DNA of 64,000 bases from an uncultured Bacteroidales bacterium (GTDB lineage: Bacteria; Bacteroidota; Bacteroidia; Bacteroidales; Muribaculaceae). The notes under the pieces are model-generated. The model was given only the letters and a program-made list of their open reading frames with translations, did not search any database and was not told the DNA's origin. Below are positions 26,644-35,737 of the stretch, in pieces. A program made the position numbers and the translations under genes. The stretch covers positions 4,253 through 68,252 of the forward strand of contig CACXLJ010000015.1 of assembly GCA_902768435.1 (NCBI GenBank), given 5' to 3'. Positions within the stretch are counted from its first letter, which is position 1; each line of letters begins with the position of its first letter.

Positions 26644-26946
26644 ATGAAGCCTATAATTAAACTTGTTGTCGCTGTTTTGCTGCTGGTGTGTTTGGCTGAT
26701 ATGCCGTATGGTTTCTATCAGCTAGTGCGTTTTGCCGCGACCGCTGCCTTTGTTTATTTATCTTACGATTACTTTAAGTCAAATCAAGATGTGAAAGGCG
26801 TAATCTTTGCACTTCTTGCAGTCCTGTTCCAGCCGTTCTTCAAGATTGCTCTAGGGAGAACTCTCTGGAATGCTATCGACATCATTGTTGCCGCTGGTCT
26901 ATTTTATCTTATCATAACAAGTTTCAATAAGAAGCATAAAGCATAG
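26644..26946 (+). CDS. DUF6804-like small membrane protein
   Basis: 'CLADMPYGFYQLVRF...LFQPFFKIALGR..WN.ID'. Confidence 0.75.
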   Translation: MKPIIKLVVAVLLLVCLADMPYGFYQLVRFAATAAFVYLSYDYFKSNQDVKGVIFALLAVLFQPFFKIALGRTLWNAIDIIVAAGLFYLIITSFNKKHKA

Positions 26947-27079
26947 TGTTGGCTTAAGGTGGCTTTTGCTCTTGTGAGCTTTTAATTGTTCTTGTGAAAT
27001 TTCTTGGGGGGGGATGGGGTGAAATTCGGTAATAATGCCTAACTTTGTGCAAATTTTTATTATAAAGTTAGATAGAGAT

Positions 27080-28814
27080 ATGTCGATTGATAAAATTATA
27101 GCTGAATCTACGGCGCAGGCTGTGCAGGCTCTGTACGGCGTGGAAGTTGCCGTGGATAGTATTGTTCCGCAGACTACCAAGAAGGAGTTTGAGGGCAACC
27201 TGACGATTGTTGTGTTTCCGTTCCTGAAGGCATCGCACAAGCGCCCCGAGGACACTGCGCAGGAAATTGGCGACTACCTGGTGGCCAACTGCGAGGCTGT
27301 GGAGAAATATAATGTGATCAAGGGTTTCCTGAACATTACCATCAAACCGAGTTTCTGGACGGGCGTGCTGCAGCACATCGCGCAAGAGCCCGACTATGGC
27401 ATGAAACCGGTGACTGACGACAGCAAGCTGGTGATGGTTGAATACTCGTCGCCCAACACCAACAAGCCGCTGCACCTGGGCCATGTGCGCAACAATCTGC
27501 TGGGTTACAGCCTTGCCAAGATTCTGGAGGCCAACGGCAACAAGGTGGTGAAAACCAACATTGTGAACGACCGTGGCATTCACATCTGCAAGTCGATGCT
27601 GGCCTGGCTCAAGTGGGGCGAAGGCGCTACTCCCGAGTCCACTGGCAAGAAGGGCGACCACCTGATTGGCGACTACTATGTGCTCTTTGACCAGCACTAC
27701 AAGGCCGAGGTGAAGCAGATTGCCGCCGAGCAGGGCATCGGCGAAGAAGAGGCCGAAAAGCAGTCGACCCTGATGCACGAGGCTGCGCAAGATGAACGAG
27801 TGGGTGTATGCCGGTTTCGACGAGACCTACAAGCGCATGGGCGTGTCGTTTGACAAGATATATTATGAGAGCGAAACCTATCTTGAAGGCAAGGAAAAGG
27901 TGCTCGAAGGCTTGGAGAAAGGTGTGTTCTACAGGAAAGAAGATGGCTCGGTGTGGGCCGACCTCACGCCCGACGGCCTCGATCACAAGCTGCTGCTGCG
28001 CAGCGACGGCACATCGGTCTATATGACGCAGGACATTGGCACCGCCAAGCTGCGCTATCAGGACTATCCCATCGATCAGATGATATATGTGGTGGGCAAT
28101 GAGCAGAACTATCACTTCCAGGTGCTCGCACTGCTGCTCGACAAGGTGGGCTTCAAGTGGGGCAAGGACCTGATTCACTTCTCCTATGGCATGGTGGAAC
28201 TGCCCAGCGGCAAGATGAAGAGCCGTGAAGGCACCGTGGTGGATGCCGACGACCTGATGGACGAGATGATCGACACCGCCCGCACCATGAGCAACGAACC
28301 TGGCCGTCTGGCCGGCGTGCCCGACGAGGAGAAAGAAGATGTGCTGCGCATGATAGGCCTGGGAGCCTTGAAATACTTCATCCTGAAGGTTGACCCGCGC
28401 AAGAACATGCTCTTCAACCCGCAGGATTCAATCGATTTCAACGGCAACACTGGTCCGTTTATCCAGTACACCTATGCCCGCATCCAATCGGTGCTGCGCA
28501 AGAGCGATGCCGCCGACATGCAGGTCGACATCAGCGCCTACGAACCCATCGAGAAAGAGGTGGAACTGGTGCAGCGTCTTGCCGACTATGTGGGCGTGGT
28601 AACCGAGGCCGGCAAGTCGTACAGTCCTGCCGTGATTGCCAACTATGTGTATGAACTGGCCAAGGCCTACAACCAGTTCTATCACGACTGCAGCATCTTG
28701 AAAGAAGAGAATGCCGTGACGCGCGCCTTCAGGCTGCTGCTGAGCCAGACGGTGGCCAAGGTGCTCAAGAGCGGATTCGGTCTGCTGGGCATCGAAATGC
28801 CATCGCGCATGTGA
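27080..28814 (+). pseudogene. argS: Arginine--tRNA ligase, split in two frames by an apparent short deletion at ~27785
   Basis: EYSSPNTNKPLHLGHVRN (HIGH-type), YMTQDIG, GKMKSREGT, FNGNTGPFIQY, LGIEMPSRM. Frame 1 reads to ...LMHEA; frame 2 resumes at RKMNEWVYAG. Confidence 0.9.
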
Positions 28815-28865
28815 TTGGCATGGTTATTGCAATTACAAAAGGAAAACAACTAAAATTTTAAAGAT

Positions 28866-29600
28866 ATGAACGATTTCAGCAATCTCAATCAGTATCAGAA
28901 TGGATACATGAACTCGGCAACAGCCGAGAACGAATTGGCACTGAGCAGCTTTGTTGCCAAGGTGATGCAGCAAGTCTACTTCCGCATGTTCCTGGGTCTG
29001 GTGGTCACTGCAGTGGCTTCGTGGCTCATGGTGCAAAGCGAGGGTGCCATGATGTGGTTTGTGAGCAACAGTTGGGCCTTCTGGGTGCTGATGATCGCCG
29101 AGATAGGTCTGGTGATTTATCTGTCGGCCCGCATCAACAAGATGAGTCCCACGACGGCTGCAGCACTATTCTTTGTGTATGCGGCATTGAACGGCGTGGT
29201 GTTGTCGCCCATATTCATCGTTTACACGGGCGCCTCGATTGCCAAGACCTTCTTCATCACAGCCGGCGTGTTTGGTGTGATGAGCGTGTATGGCTGGGTA
29301 ACGAAGAAAGACCTGTCGAAGATGGGTTCCATTCTCATGATGTGCCTGTTGGGCCTCATTGTGGTGTCGGTGGTCAACATCTTCCTGCACAGCACGCAGC
29401 TCGACTGGATTATCTCGTTTGCCGGTGTTGCCATCTTCATTGGCCTCACAGCATGGGACACCCAGGCCATTAAGCAAATGGCCGCACAGAGCGACTATAG
29501 CAATGTGAGCAAGGTTGCCACGATGGGTGCGCTGGAGCTCTATCTCGACTTCATCAACCTGTTCCTGTACCTGCTGCGCATCTTTGGCAGCCGTGACTAA
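28866..29600 (+). CDS. Bax inhibitor-1 / YccA family membrane protein
   Basis: Seven hydrophobic segments; 'TAWDTQAIK...GALELYLDFINLFLYLLRIFG'. Confidence 0.92.
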   Translation: MNDFSNLNQYQNGYMNSATAENELALSSFVAKVMQQVYFRMFLGLVVTAVASWLMVQSEGAMMWFVSNSWAFWVLMIAEIGLVIYLSARINKMSPTTAAALFFVYAALNGVVLSPIFIVYTGASIAKTFFITAGVFGVMSVYGWVTKKDLSKMGSILMMCLLGLIVVSVVNIFLHSTQLDWIISFAGVAIFIGLTAWDTQAIKQMAAQSDYSNVSKVATMGALELYLDFINLFLYLLRIFGSRD

Positions 29601-29632
29601 AACAGGGTTGAAAAACTCAAGAGAAATAAGGT

Positions 29633-29663
29633 GAACCGCCTTCTCACGGCGGTTCTTTTTTTT
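29633..29663 (+). terminator. Intrinsic terminator
   Basis: gaaccgcc-ttctcac-ggcggttc followed by T8. Confidence 0.85.
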
Positions 29664-29747
29664 GTCAGAAAGATTTTTTTTCTGACTTTACACAATAAAA
29701 ATATGTTTTTAGAGTTATAAGCATAGAAACTAATTTTTATTTGCGCA

Positions 29748-30944
29748 ATGAAATCAATCAAAACAAAAGCGATATTGGTAGCCACCCTGCTGTCAACAAG
29801 CCTTGCGGGTATGGCCCAAGACGACATCAAAGACAATGAATTCAACCCCATAACCACCGGTGTGACCTCGCTGAGCATCACCCCCGATGCTCGCGGTGCC
29901 TCGATGGGTGACCTGGGTGCCGCCACCGAGAGCGACTGCAACTCGCAGTTCTGGAATCCATCGAAATATGCATTTGCCTACAGCAGTGCGGGCGTTGCCC
30001 TGTCGTACACCCCTTGGTTGCGCAAGATTGTGAACGACATCTTCCTTGCCAACCTGTCGGGTTACTGGAAACTGGGTAGCGGCGACAATCAGGCAGTGAG
30101 TGCCTCGATGCGCTATTTCTCACTTGGCGAGATTCAGACGACCGACGACGGCGGTAGCGCCATGGCCAGCATCAACCCCTTTGAAATGGCGTTTGATGTG
30201 GGTTACTCGCGCAAACTGAGCGAGAAATTCTCGATGGGCGTTGTGCTGCGCTACATCTATAGCGACCTGGGCTATTCGGAGTATTCATCGACCGAGCGCA
30301 CCAAAGGCGCTTCGGCATTCTCGGCCGACATTTCGGGTTACTTCACCACCTATCCTGTGATAGGCCGCAACGAGTGCCAGTGGTCGCTGGGTTGGAACAT
30401 CTCCAACATCGGCTCGAAAGTGTCGTACGACAACGGCGACAACCCCGCCTTCTTGCCCGCTAACCTGCGATTGGGTACTGCTTTCACCTTCCCGCTTGCC
30501 GACTATCACAACCTGACGCTGGCTGTTGATGCCAACAAACTGCTGGTACCCGTGAAGCCACGCCTCTCGGACTTCGACAATCAGGAAGATTATGAGAAGG
30601 CGCTGCAGGAATGGAAAGACGAATCGTCGATTTCGGGTATCTTCAAGTCGTTCCACGACGCTCCCGGCGGTGCCAAAGAGGAGTTGCGCGAAATCACCTT
30701 CTCGGTAGGTGCCGAGTATGCCTATAACCAGCAATTCTTCTTCCGCGCCGGTTACTTCCACGAGAACAAGTGGAAAGGTAACCGCAACTACTTCAGTCTG
30801 GGTGCCGGCTTCTCGCTGAATGTGCTCAAGATTGATGCCGCCTATATGATTGCCACCGCACAGAACAGTCCGCTCGACCAGACGCTGCGCTTCACCTTGT
30901 CGTTCGACATGGAGGGCATCAAGGGCCTCTTTGGCAGGAAATAA
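29748..30944 (+). CDS. porV: Type IX secretion outer-membrane shuttle PorV
   Basis: 'NPITTGVTSLSITPDARGASMGD...WNPSKYAF...SYTPWL...GYFHENKWKGNRNYF..LDQTLRFTL'; directly upstream of ispF. Confidence 0.92.
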   Translation: MKSIKTKAILVATLLSTSLAGMAQDDIKDNEFNPITTGVTSLSITPDARGASMGDLGAATESDCNSQFWNPSKYAFAYSSAGVALSYTPWLRKIVNDIFLANLSGYWKLGSGDNQAVSASMRYFSLGEIQTTDDGGSAMASINPFEMAFDVGYSRKLSEKFSMGVVLRYIYSDLGYSEYSSTERTKGASAFSADISGYFTTYPVIGRNECQWSLGWNISNIGSKVSYDNGDNPAFLPANLRLGTAFTFPLADYHNLTLAVDANKLLVPVKPRLSDFDNQEDYEKALQEWKDESSISGIFKSFHDAPGGAKEELREITFSVGAEYAYNQQFFFRAGYFHENKWKGNRNYFSLGAGFSLNVLKIDAAYMIATAQNSPLDQTLRFTLSFDMEGIKGLFGRK

Positions 30945-31103
30945 GCGGTAGTTGCGCGTAACGACAAACGATATTTTAGGGCATAAGGTTGAGGTGTTAA
31001 GTGTTATCACCGCAATCTTATGCGCTTTTTTAAGGGTTTAGTGGATTGCTGACGCTGGGCTCATATAATTAAATAGAAACGATTAAAAACAGATATAGAC
31101 GAC

Positions 31104-31592
31104 ATGACAAGAATAGGAATGGGCTTTGATGTGCACCGCCTGGTGCCCGACCGCGAACTGTGGATTGGCGGTGTGAAGATTGACCACGAGCTGGGGCTGC
31201 TGGGTCACAGCGATGCCGATGTGGCGATTCACGCCCTGTGCGACGCCCTGCTCGGTGCCGCCAACTTGCGCGACATTGGTTATCACTTCCCCGACACCGA
31301 CCCCAAGTGGAAGGGGGCCGACAGCCGCAAACTGCTCGCAAGGGTGATAGAACTGCTTGCCGAGCAAGGCTACACGCTGGGCAACTGCGACATCACCATC
31401 TGCGCCGAGCGGCCCAAGATGAATCCCCACATCCCCGCCATGAAGCAGCAACTCGCCGCTGCTATGCACTGCGACGAGAACCAGATTTCGATCAAGGCCA
31501 CCACCACCGAGCGGCTGGGCTTCACCGGCCGTGAAGAGGGCATTGCCGCCTACGCCGTCGCCCTTATCGAGCAAGTTTCCGTAGTATCATAG
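31104..31592 (+). CDS. ispF: 2-C-methyl-D-erythritol 2,4-cyclodiphosphate synthase
   Basis: [29 protein letters not shown]. Confidence 0.97.
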   Translation: MTRIGMGFDVHRLVPDRELWIGGVKIDHELGLLGHSDADVAIHALCDALLGAANLRDIGYHFPDTDPKWKGADSRKLLARVIELLAEQGYTLGNCDITICAERPKMNPHIPAMKQQLAAAMHCDENQISIKATTTERLGFTGREEGIAAYAVALIEQVSVVS

Positions 31593-31607
31593 GTTTTTTG
31601 TTGATTC

Positions 31608-33320
31608 ATGAAGCGTGATCGTGTCATATTGCTCTTGTTCTTCGCCGCCCTGCTTGTGGGTTGTGGGGACAGCCACGATGCGCGTGTTACCGCCGAGCTT
31701 GACTGTGCCGACTCGCTGCTGCGCACCAGTGACACCGCTGCCCACAGCGCCGCCCTGCGACAGATGCTCGCACTCGACACCGCCCGCGCCCTGCAGGCCG
31801 ACGAAGCCCTGCGCGCCCGCCATGCCCTGCTGCTCGTCCAGGCACGATACAAGTGCTATGTGACCGAGCCGGCCGACAGCGCCCTCATCGACAGCGCCCT
31901 TAGTTATTATACCGACCATCATGGCTCTTCTGCCGACCACGAGCGCTACACCCGCGCCCTTATCTACAGCGGTGCCGTAGCCGAAGAACTCGGCCACCCC
32001 CAGCAGGCTATGCAGCACTACCTCGAGGCCGAGTCCACCGCTGACCCCAACGACCACCACAATATGGGTCACTCTAAATTTCTGATAGCTAACATATATC
32101 AAAGAAATTACACATCCGTTCCAATAGTCATCAACAAATATAAAGAAGCTCTTTCCCACTATCTCTTAACAGATGAAACAAAATTTCAGGTTGTATGTTA
32201 TCGAGAAATAGGTGCTTTATATAGAGCTTTTAATACAGATAGTGCTCTAATTTATCTTGATAAGTCAATTTCACTTGCCTCGAAACTAGAAGATACAAAC
32301 TATGTTTTTTCATCTCAAATGATGTTGGCAAGACTCTTGTATGAACAAGGAAGTTATCAAAATTCAAAAAATTTAGCTGTCAATATTATAAATAACGCAA
32401 AAAGTGACTTTAGGGAAACTCAGCAGTTTTATATTGCAGCTGACTCTTACATTAAGTTGGGAATGCTAGATTCAGCACAGTTCATTATCAACAATACACC
32501 GACTCCAGAAAGAGCTGAAGACAGTATGAGAATGTCTCGTACACTATCAGAATTACATAAATCCAGAAACAATTATAAGGCTTATTCAAATGAGCTACTT
32601 GTAGGTAATCAAATAGCGGATTCTATTCTTATACATGCTTCTGAAGTCAATTTGCCAGAAGAGGAGAGGGCGTTCAAATCAAGCAAGCAGCATAATGAGC
32701 TGGTTTCATCTCATATTAGAAGAGTTTTCATATTGGCATTTTTAATTCTTGCACTTATTATCATAATTATAGTATATAGGAAAAAGCACAAACATGCTAA
32801 GTGCAAGATGTCTTTGATGGCTGAACAGCTTCAGCAAGCTATTAACCAGTTGAATGTGACAACACAGCTTCAACAAACTAATGACATGTCAAAAGAAGAG
32901 TCCATGTCAAAACTGATAGCATCTACCGAATCACAGATCCATATCACACAAAGCATATTAGAGAAATTGGCATCGCAGAGAAGAGGCAAAGATTCTGAAC
33001 TTATCGCCCACCTTGCAGGCATTGTGTCAATCAATAGTAACGACAACTCTTTCTGGAAAAGCCTCAAAATATATCTTGATGTCAAATACAACAATATCAT
33101 TACATATTTGCAAGATACTTATCCTGCCATCAACACATCTTGCATACGCTTCATTTGTTTGTGTTTTGCAGGTTTTTCCAATACAGCAATAGCTTATTGT
33201 GCAAATGTCACTAGCACTCACACGATCACAAATAAGAAGCGCACAATTCCAGTTGAATTTATGGGACTTGATATGAATCTGAATGAGGTAAAGAAAAGGT
33301 ATTTGAATGGTGCACTTTAA
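31608..33320 (+). CDS. Lipoprotein-signal TPR sensor with a TM helix and C-terminal LuxR-like HTH (one-component regulator)
   Basis: Lipobox LVGC; TPR-like helices; TM 'VFILAFLILALIIIIIVY'; C-terminal 'FICLCFAGFSNTAIA....TITNKKRTI'. Confidence 0.7.
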   Translation: MKRDRVILLLFFAALLVGCGDSHDARVTAELDCADSLLRTSDTAAHSAALRQMLALDTARALQADEALRARHALLLVQARYKCYVTEPADSALIDSALSYYTDHHGSSADHERYTRALIYSGAVAEELGHPQQAMQHYLEAESTADPNDHHNMGHSKFLIANIYQRNYTSVPIVINKYKEALSHYLLTDETKFQVVCYREIGALYRAFNTDSALIYLDKSISLASKLEDTNYVFSSQMMLARLLYEQGSYQNSKNLAVNIINNAKSDFRETQQFYIAADSYIKLGMLDSAQFIINNTPTPERAEDSMRMSRTLSELHKSRNNYKAYSNELLVGNQIADSILIHASEVNLPEEERAFKSSKQHNELVSSHIRRVFILAFLILALIIIIIVYRKKHKHAKCKMSLMAEQLQQAINQLNVTTQLQQTNDMSKEESMSKLIASTESQIHITQSILEKLASQRRGKDSELIAHLAGIVSINSNDNSFWKSLKIYLDVKYNNIITYLQDTYPAINTSCIRFICLCFAGFSNTAIAYCANVTSTHTITNKKRTIPVEFMGLDMNLNEVKKRYLNGAL

Positions 33321-33530
33321 ACCAAAATTTGTGTTTTCTTCTAAACAAGGTTTTGCCCTGAAATGTTAAAGGACTTTTTAACATTTCGTTATTTATAGTA
33401 ATCTCCCATTTATTTCTTTGGCAATCAACTAAATATAATCCAACAACCAATGGCGTAAATAGGATTATCATTTTTATTGTCAAAACTAGTGGTATCATTA
33501 ACTTTGCAACACAACCAAAACCAGAAAATT

Positions 33531-33731
33531 ATGAGAAGTTTTTTTCCAATCTTTTTGTTTTTATTCGCTGCAGTTTCTGCAAATCCCATTGTTTTATCAC
33601 CCGCACAAGAGCAAGTCGATTTACGACAAATTGGCCAAACAATCCCTCATATTGAGGTGAATCCTCCAGCCGATATGCCCGATGTGTACTACAACAGCGA
33701 ACTGGATGTGATCAATCGATGTATGTTATAG
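33531..33731 (+). pseudogene. 5' fragment of a small secreted protein gene
   Basis: Signal peptide MRSFFPIFLFLFAAVSA, own TAACTTTG element at 33499-33506; ends abruptly at ...LDVINRCML. Confidence 0.45.
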
Positions 33732-33916
33732 CGACAAGCCTTACGGCGGGCAATCATGTTGATGCCAACCGAACAAGCGGTGATTTCATCATACCATCAG
33801 CTAAACAATTTGAAGTTGAATACAGCGACAAGGTGGTGCTGGCACCAGGTTTCAAGGTCAATAAAGGAGGTATTTTTAAGGCCAGATTGGGTGCATCAAC
33901 CTATAAAAATCGGTAA
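33719..33916 (+). pseudogene. 3' fragment resembling the C-terminal domain of a large secreted protein (peptidase-like)
   Basis: 'YVIATSLTAGNHVD..RTSGDF....VVLAPGFKVNKGGIF' resembles a C-terminal beta domain; no signal peptide or catalytic part. Confidence 0.4.
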
Positions 33917-33973
33917 TTATTCTTTTAATTTGAGTTTATTTTTTAATTTTGCAATAACTAAACAATTATAACA

Positions 33974-34726
33974 ATGAAAAGTTTATTTTTTTCAATTACG
34001 TTAGCTCTGGCATGCTGGAGCAACATGATGATGGCAGAAATCCATGAACACGAGTATGTCCCCCTGCTCGAAGATGGTCGCCAATGGATATATTCATTTG
34101 AAGAAGGCATTTGGCTGGGTGAAGAATTAACAACAAGAATAGGGTTTTATAAACTTTATCTTCAAGGTGATACAGTAATAGATGGGAAAAAGCACTTAAA
34201 ATGCTACTATAAGTCTCTTTCTTCAAATAGTTATGGCTGGGCAAATGAAGACTATCCAATTGCCTATATGAGAGAGGAAGGGAAATTGATTTTCGCTGTA
34301 GATAATGAAAATAATGGCTTTTACGATGAACCCCTCTACGGAGGACCTGAAGGTTGTATTTATAATTTTGAGGACATGAGTAATGTTGAGGAAGAATTTA
34401 AGGATATTATCGATGTCTTCATAGCGGGAAAATGGAGAAGAGTCTTTAAATGGTATTATAATACTGATATTATTGAAGGCATAGGCGCTGATGGTTTTGG
34501 TGATTTGCTCTATCCTGTTCAACATGGTACAACATGCTCACATTGTGACTATAAAGACGATGATGGTCTGGTGATGATGCTGGACAAGGATGGCAATATT
34601 TTATACAAGGGTTCAGCCTATGTCAAATATCTTGAGACAAAACCCGCTGGCGACGTGAACGGTGACGGCAAGGTGAATGTCTCTGATGTCGCTGTTCTCG
34701 TCAACCTCATCCTCGGCATCAAGTAA
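33974..34726 (+). CDS. Secreted protein with a single C-terminal dockerin-type repeat
   Basis: Signal peptide; 'YVPLLEDGRQW'; ends GDVNGDGKVNVSDVAVLVNLILGIK. Confidence 0.75.
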   Translation: MKSLFFSITLALACWSNMMMAEIHEHEYVPLLEDGRQWIYSFEEGIWLGEELTTRIGFYKLYLQGDTVIDGKKHLKCYYKSLSSNSYGWANEDYPIAYMREEGKLIFAVDNENNGFYDEPLYGGPEGCIYNFEDMSNVEEEFKDIIDVFIAGKWRRVFKWYYNTDIIEGIGADGFGDLLYPVQHGTTCSHCDYKDDDGLVMMLDKDGNILYKGSAYVKYLETKPAGDVNGDGKVNVSDVAVLVNLILGIK

Positions 34727-34797
34727 ACTCTCGCTGCGCTCGAGTTTAGGGTTGACTGTTTAGTGTTTGCGTTTAGCGCAAGGCATTTAACCCGCCA

Positions 34798-34886
34798 AGC
34801 CCCGTTAGGGGCGACAGATAATAGGCAGGGGTGTGAGCCCCTGTTTCAAAGCAATTTAAATCAATTAGCCCCATCGGGGCGACAGA
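34798..34886 (+). repeat. REP-like / non-autonomous HUH-type element
   Basis: Direct repeats agccccgttaggggcgacaga (34798-34818) and agccccatcggggcgacaga (34867-34886), each a hairpin, flanking hairpin caggggtgtgagcccctg. Confidence 0.6.
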
Positions 34887-35077
34887 CCGTGTGCAGGGCT
34901 GGCCTCACCGCCAGCCCTCATTGGTTTTGATAGAAAATATCAGTTATCGGTTACCCCAAAATCGTAATGACCGAATCGGGATTATTGACGATAATGGGAG
35001 ATTTATTAGGAGAATTAGAGTTTTTTGAATAACTTTGTGTGCTTAGTCAATTATCAGGCAAAAGAAATAAGGTAGAC

Positions 35078-35737
35078 ATGACAATAATACTGAAACAGAT
35101 GAAAGGCGCGTTGTGTGCCGTGGCTCTATTGCTCACGAGCACAGCGACAATGGGCGCCGTAGAGATAAAGGACCTGTTCATGAACGAGCCGGGCGTGGTG
35201 TTTGAACTGCTGCCCGAGGCAACCCGCATCAGCATGATATCGTATCATGAGAACGAGCAGAATGTGTATGCCACCAACCGCGCTGGCAACAGTTCGCACA
35301 TTGCTGCGCTGGAGCCTCGCCACATGGTGGTGGAGATGTCGGCGGGACGCACGGTGGAGCTGCAGCTGCTGGTGACGGGCACCGACAGCGTGGTGATGGT
35401 GATTGACCACTACAAGACCCCTTATCCCGATGGTGTGGTCACCTTCTACGACACCAAGTGGAAAGCGCTCAAAACCGACAAACTGTTCAAGGCTCCCAAG
35501 ATGGAAGATTTCATTCGGCCCGGCACCCCCAAAAATGTGGTGAAGGACATCAAGCAGAATGTGACCTTCCCACTCATCGACTATGAGCTGGAGGGCAATG
35601 GCATGCAGCTGACGGCACGCCAGCATCTGGCCGATTTCTACACAGCGACCGATTTTGCCCGCTGGAAACCCTATCTCTACGACAAACTCATCTACACGAT
35701 AGTCAAGAATAAAATCACCTTAACAGCACCCCGATAA
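35078..35737 (+). CDS. DUF3256-like exported protein
   Basis: Signal peptide; 'DLFMNEP...LLP...RISMI..Y...VVTFYDTKWKAL'; ATG 35078 preferred. Confidence 0.7.
   Translation: MTIILKQMKGALCAVALLLTSTATMGAVEIKDLFMNEPGVVFELLPEATRISMISYHENEQNVYATNRAGNSSHIAALEPRHMVVEMSAGRTVELQLLVTGTDSVVMVIDHYKTPYPDGVVTFYDTKWKALKTDKLFKAPKMEDFIRPGTPKNVVKDIKQNVTFPLIDYELEGNGMQLTARQHLADFYTATDFARWKPYLYDKLIYTIVKNKITLTAPR

Larger units (their letters stand above)
19960..26990 (+). other. AT-rich genomic island carrying a co-directional eight-gene operon
   Basis: Abrupt change to AT-rich sequence between GC-rich flanks (judged by eye); overlapping or closely spaced genes; no integrase inside. Confidence 0.75.

Noticed and set aside
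20030-26965. 8-bp direct repeat GGTGGCTT (20030-20037 and 26958-26965) as a target-site duplication of the island
   Set aside because: Too short to distinguish from chance, and there is no transposase, integrase or terminal inverted repeat. Would need the empty-site allele.
27770-27800. Programmed ribosomal frameshift in argS
   Set aside because: No slippery heptamer or stimulator, and conserved residues appear to be missing, so frameshifting would not restore the protein.
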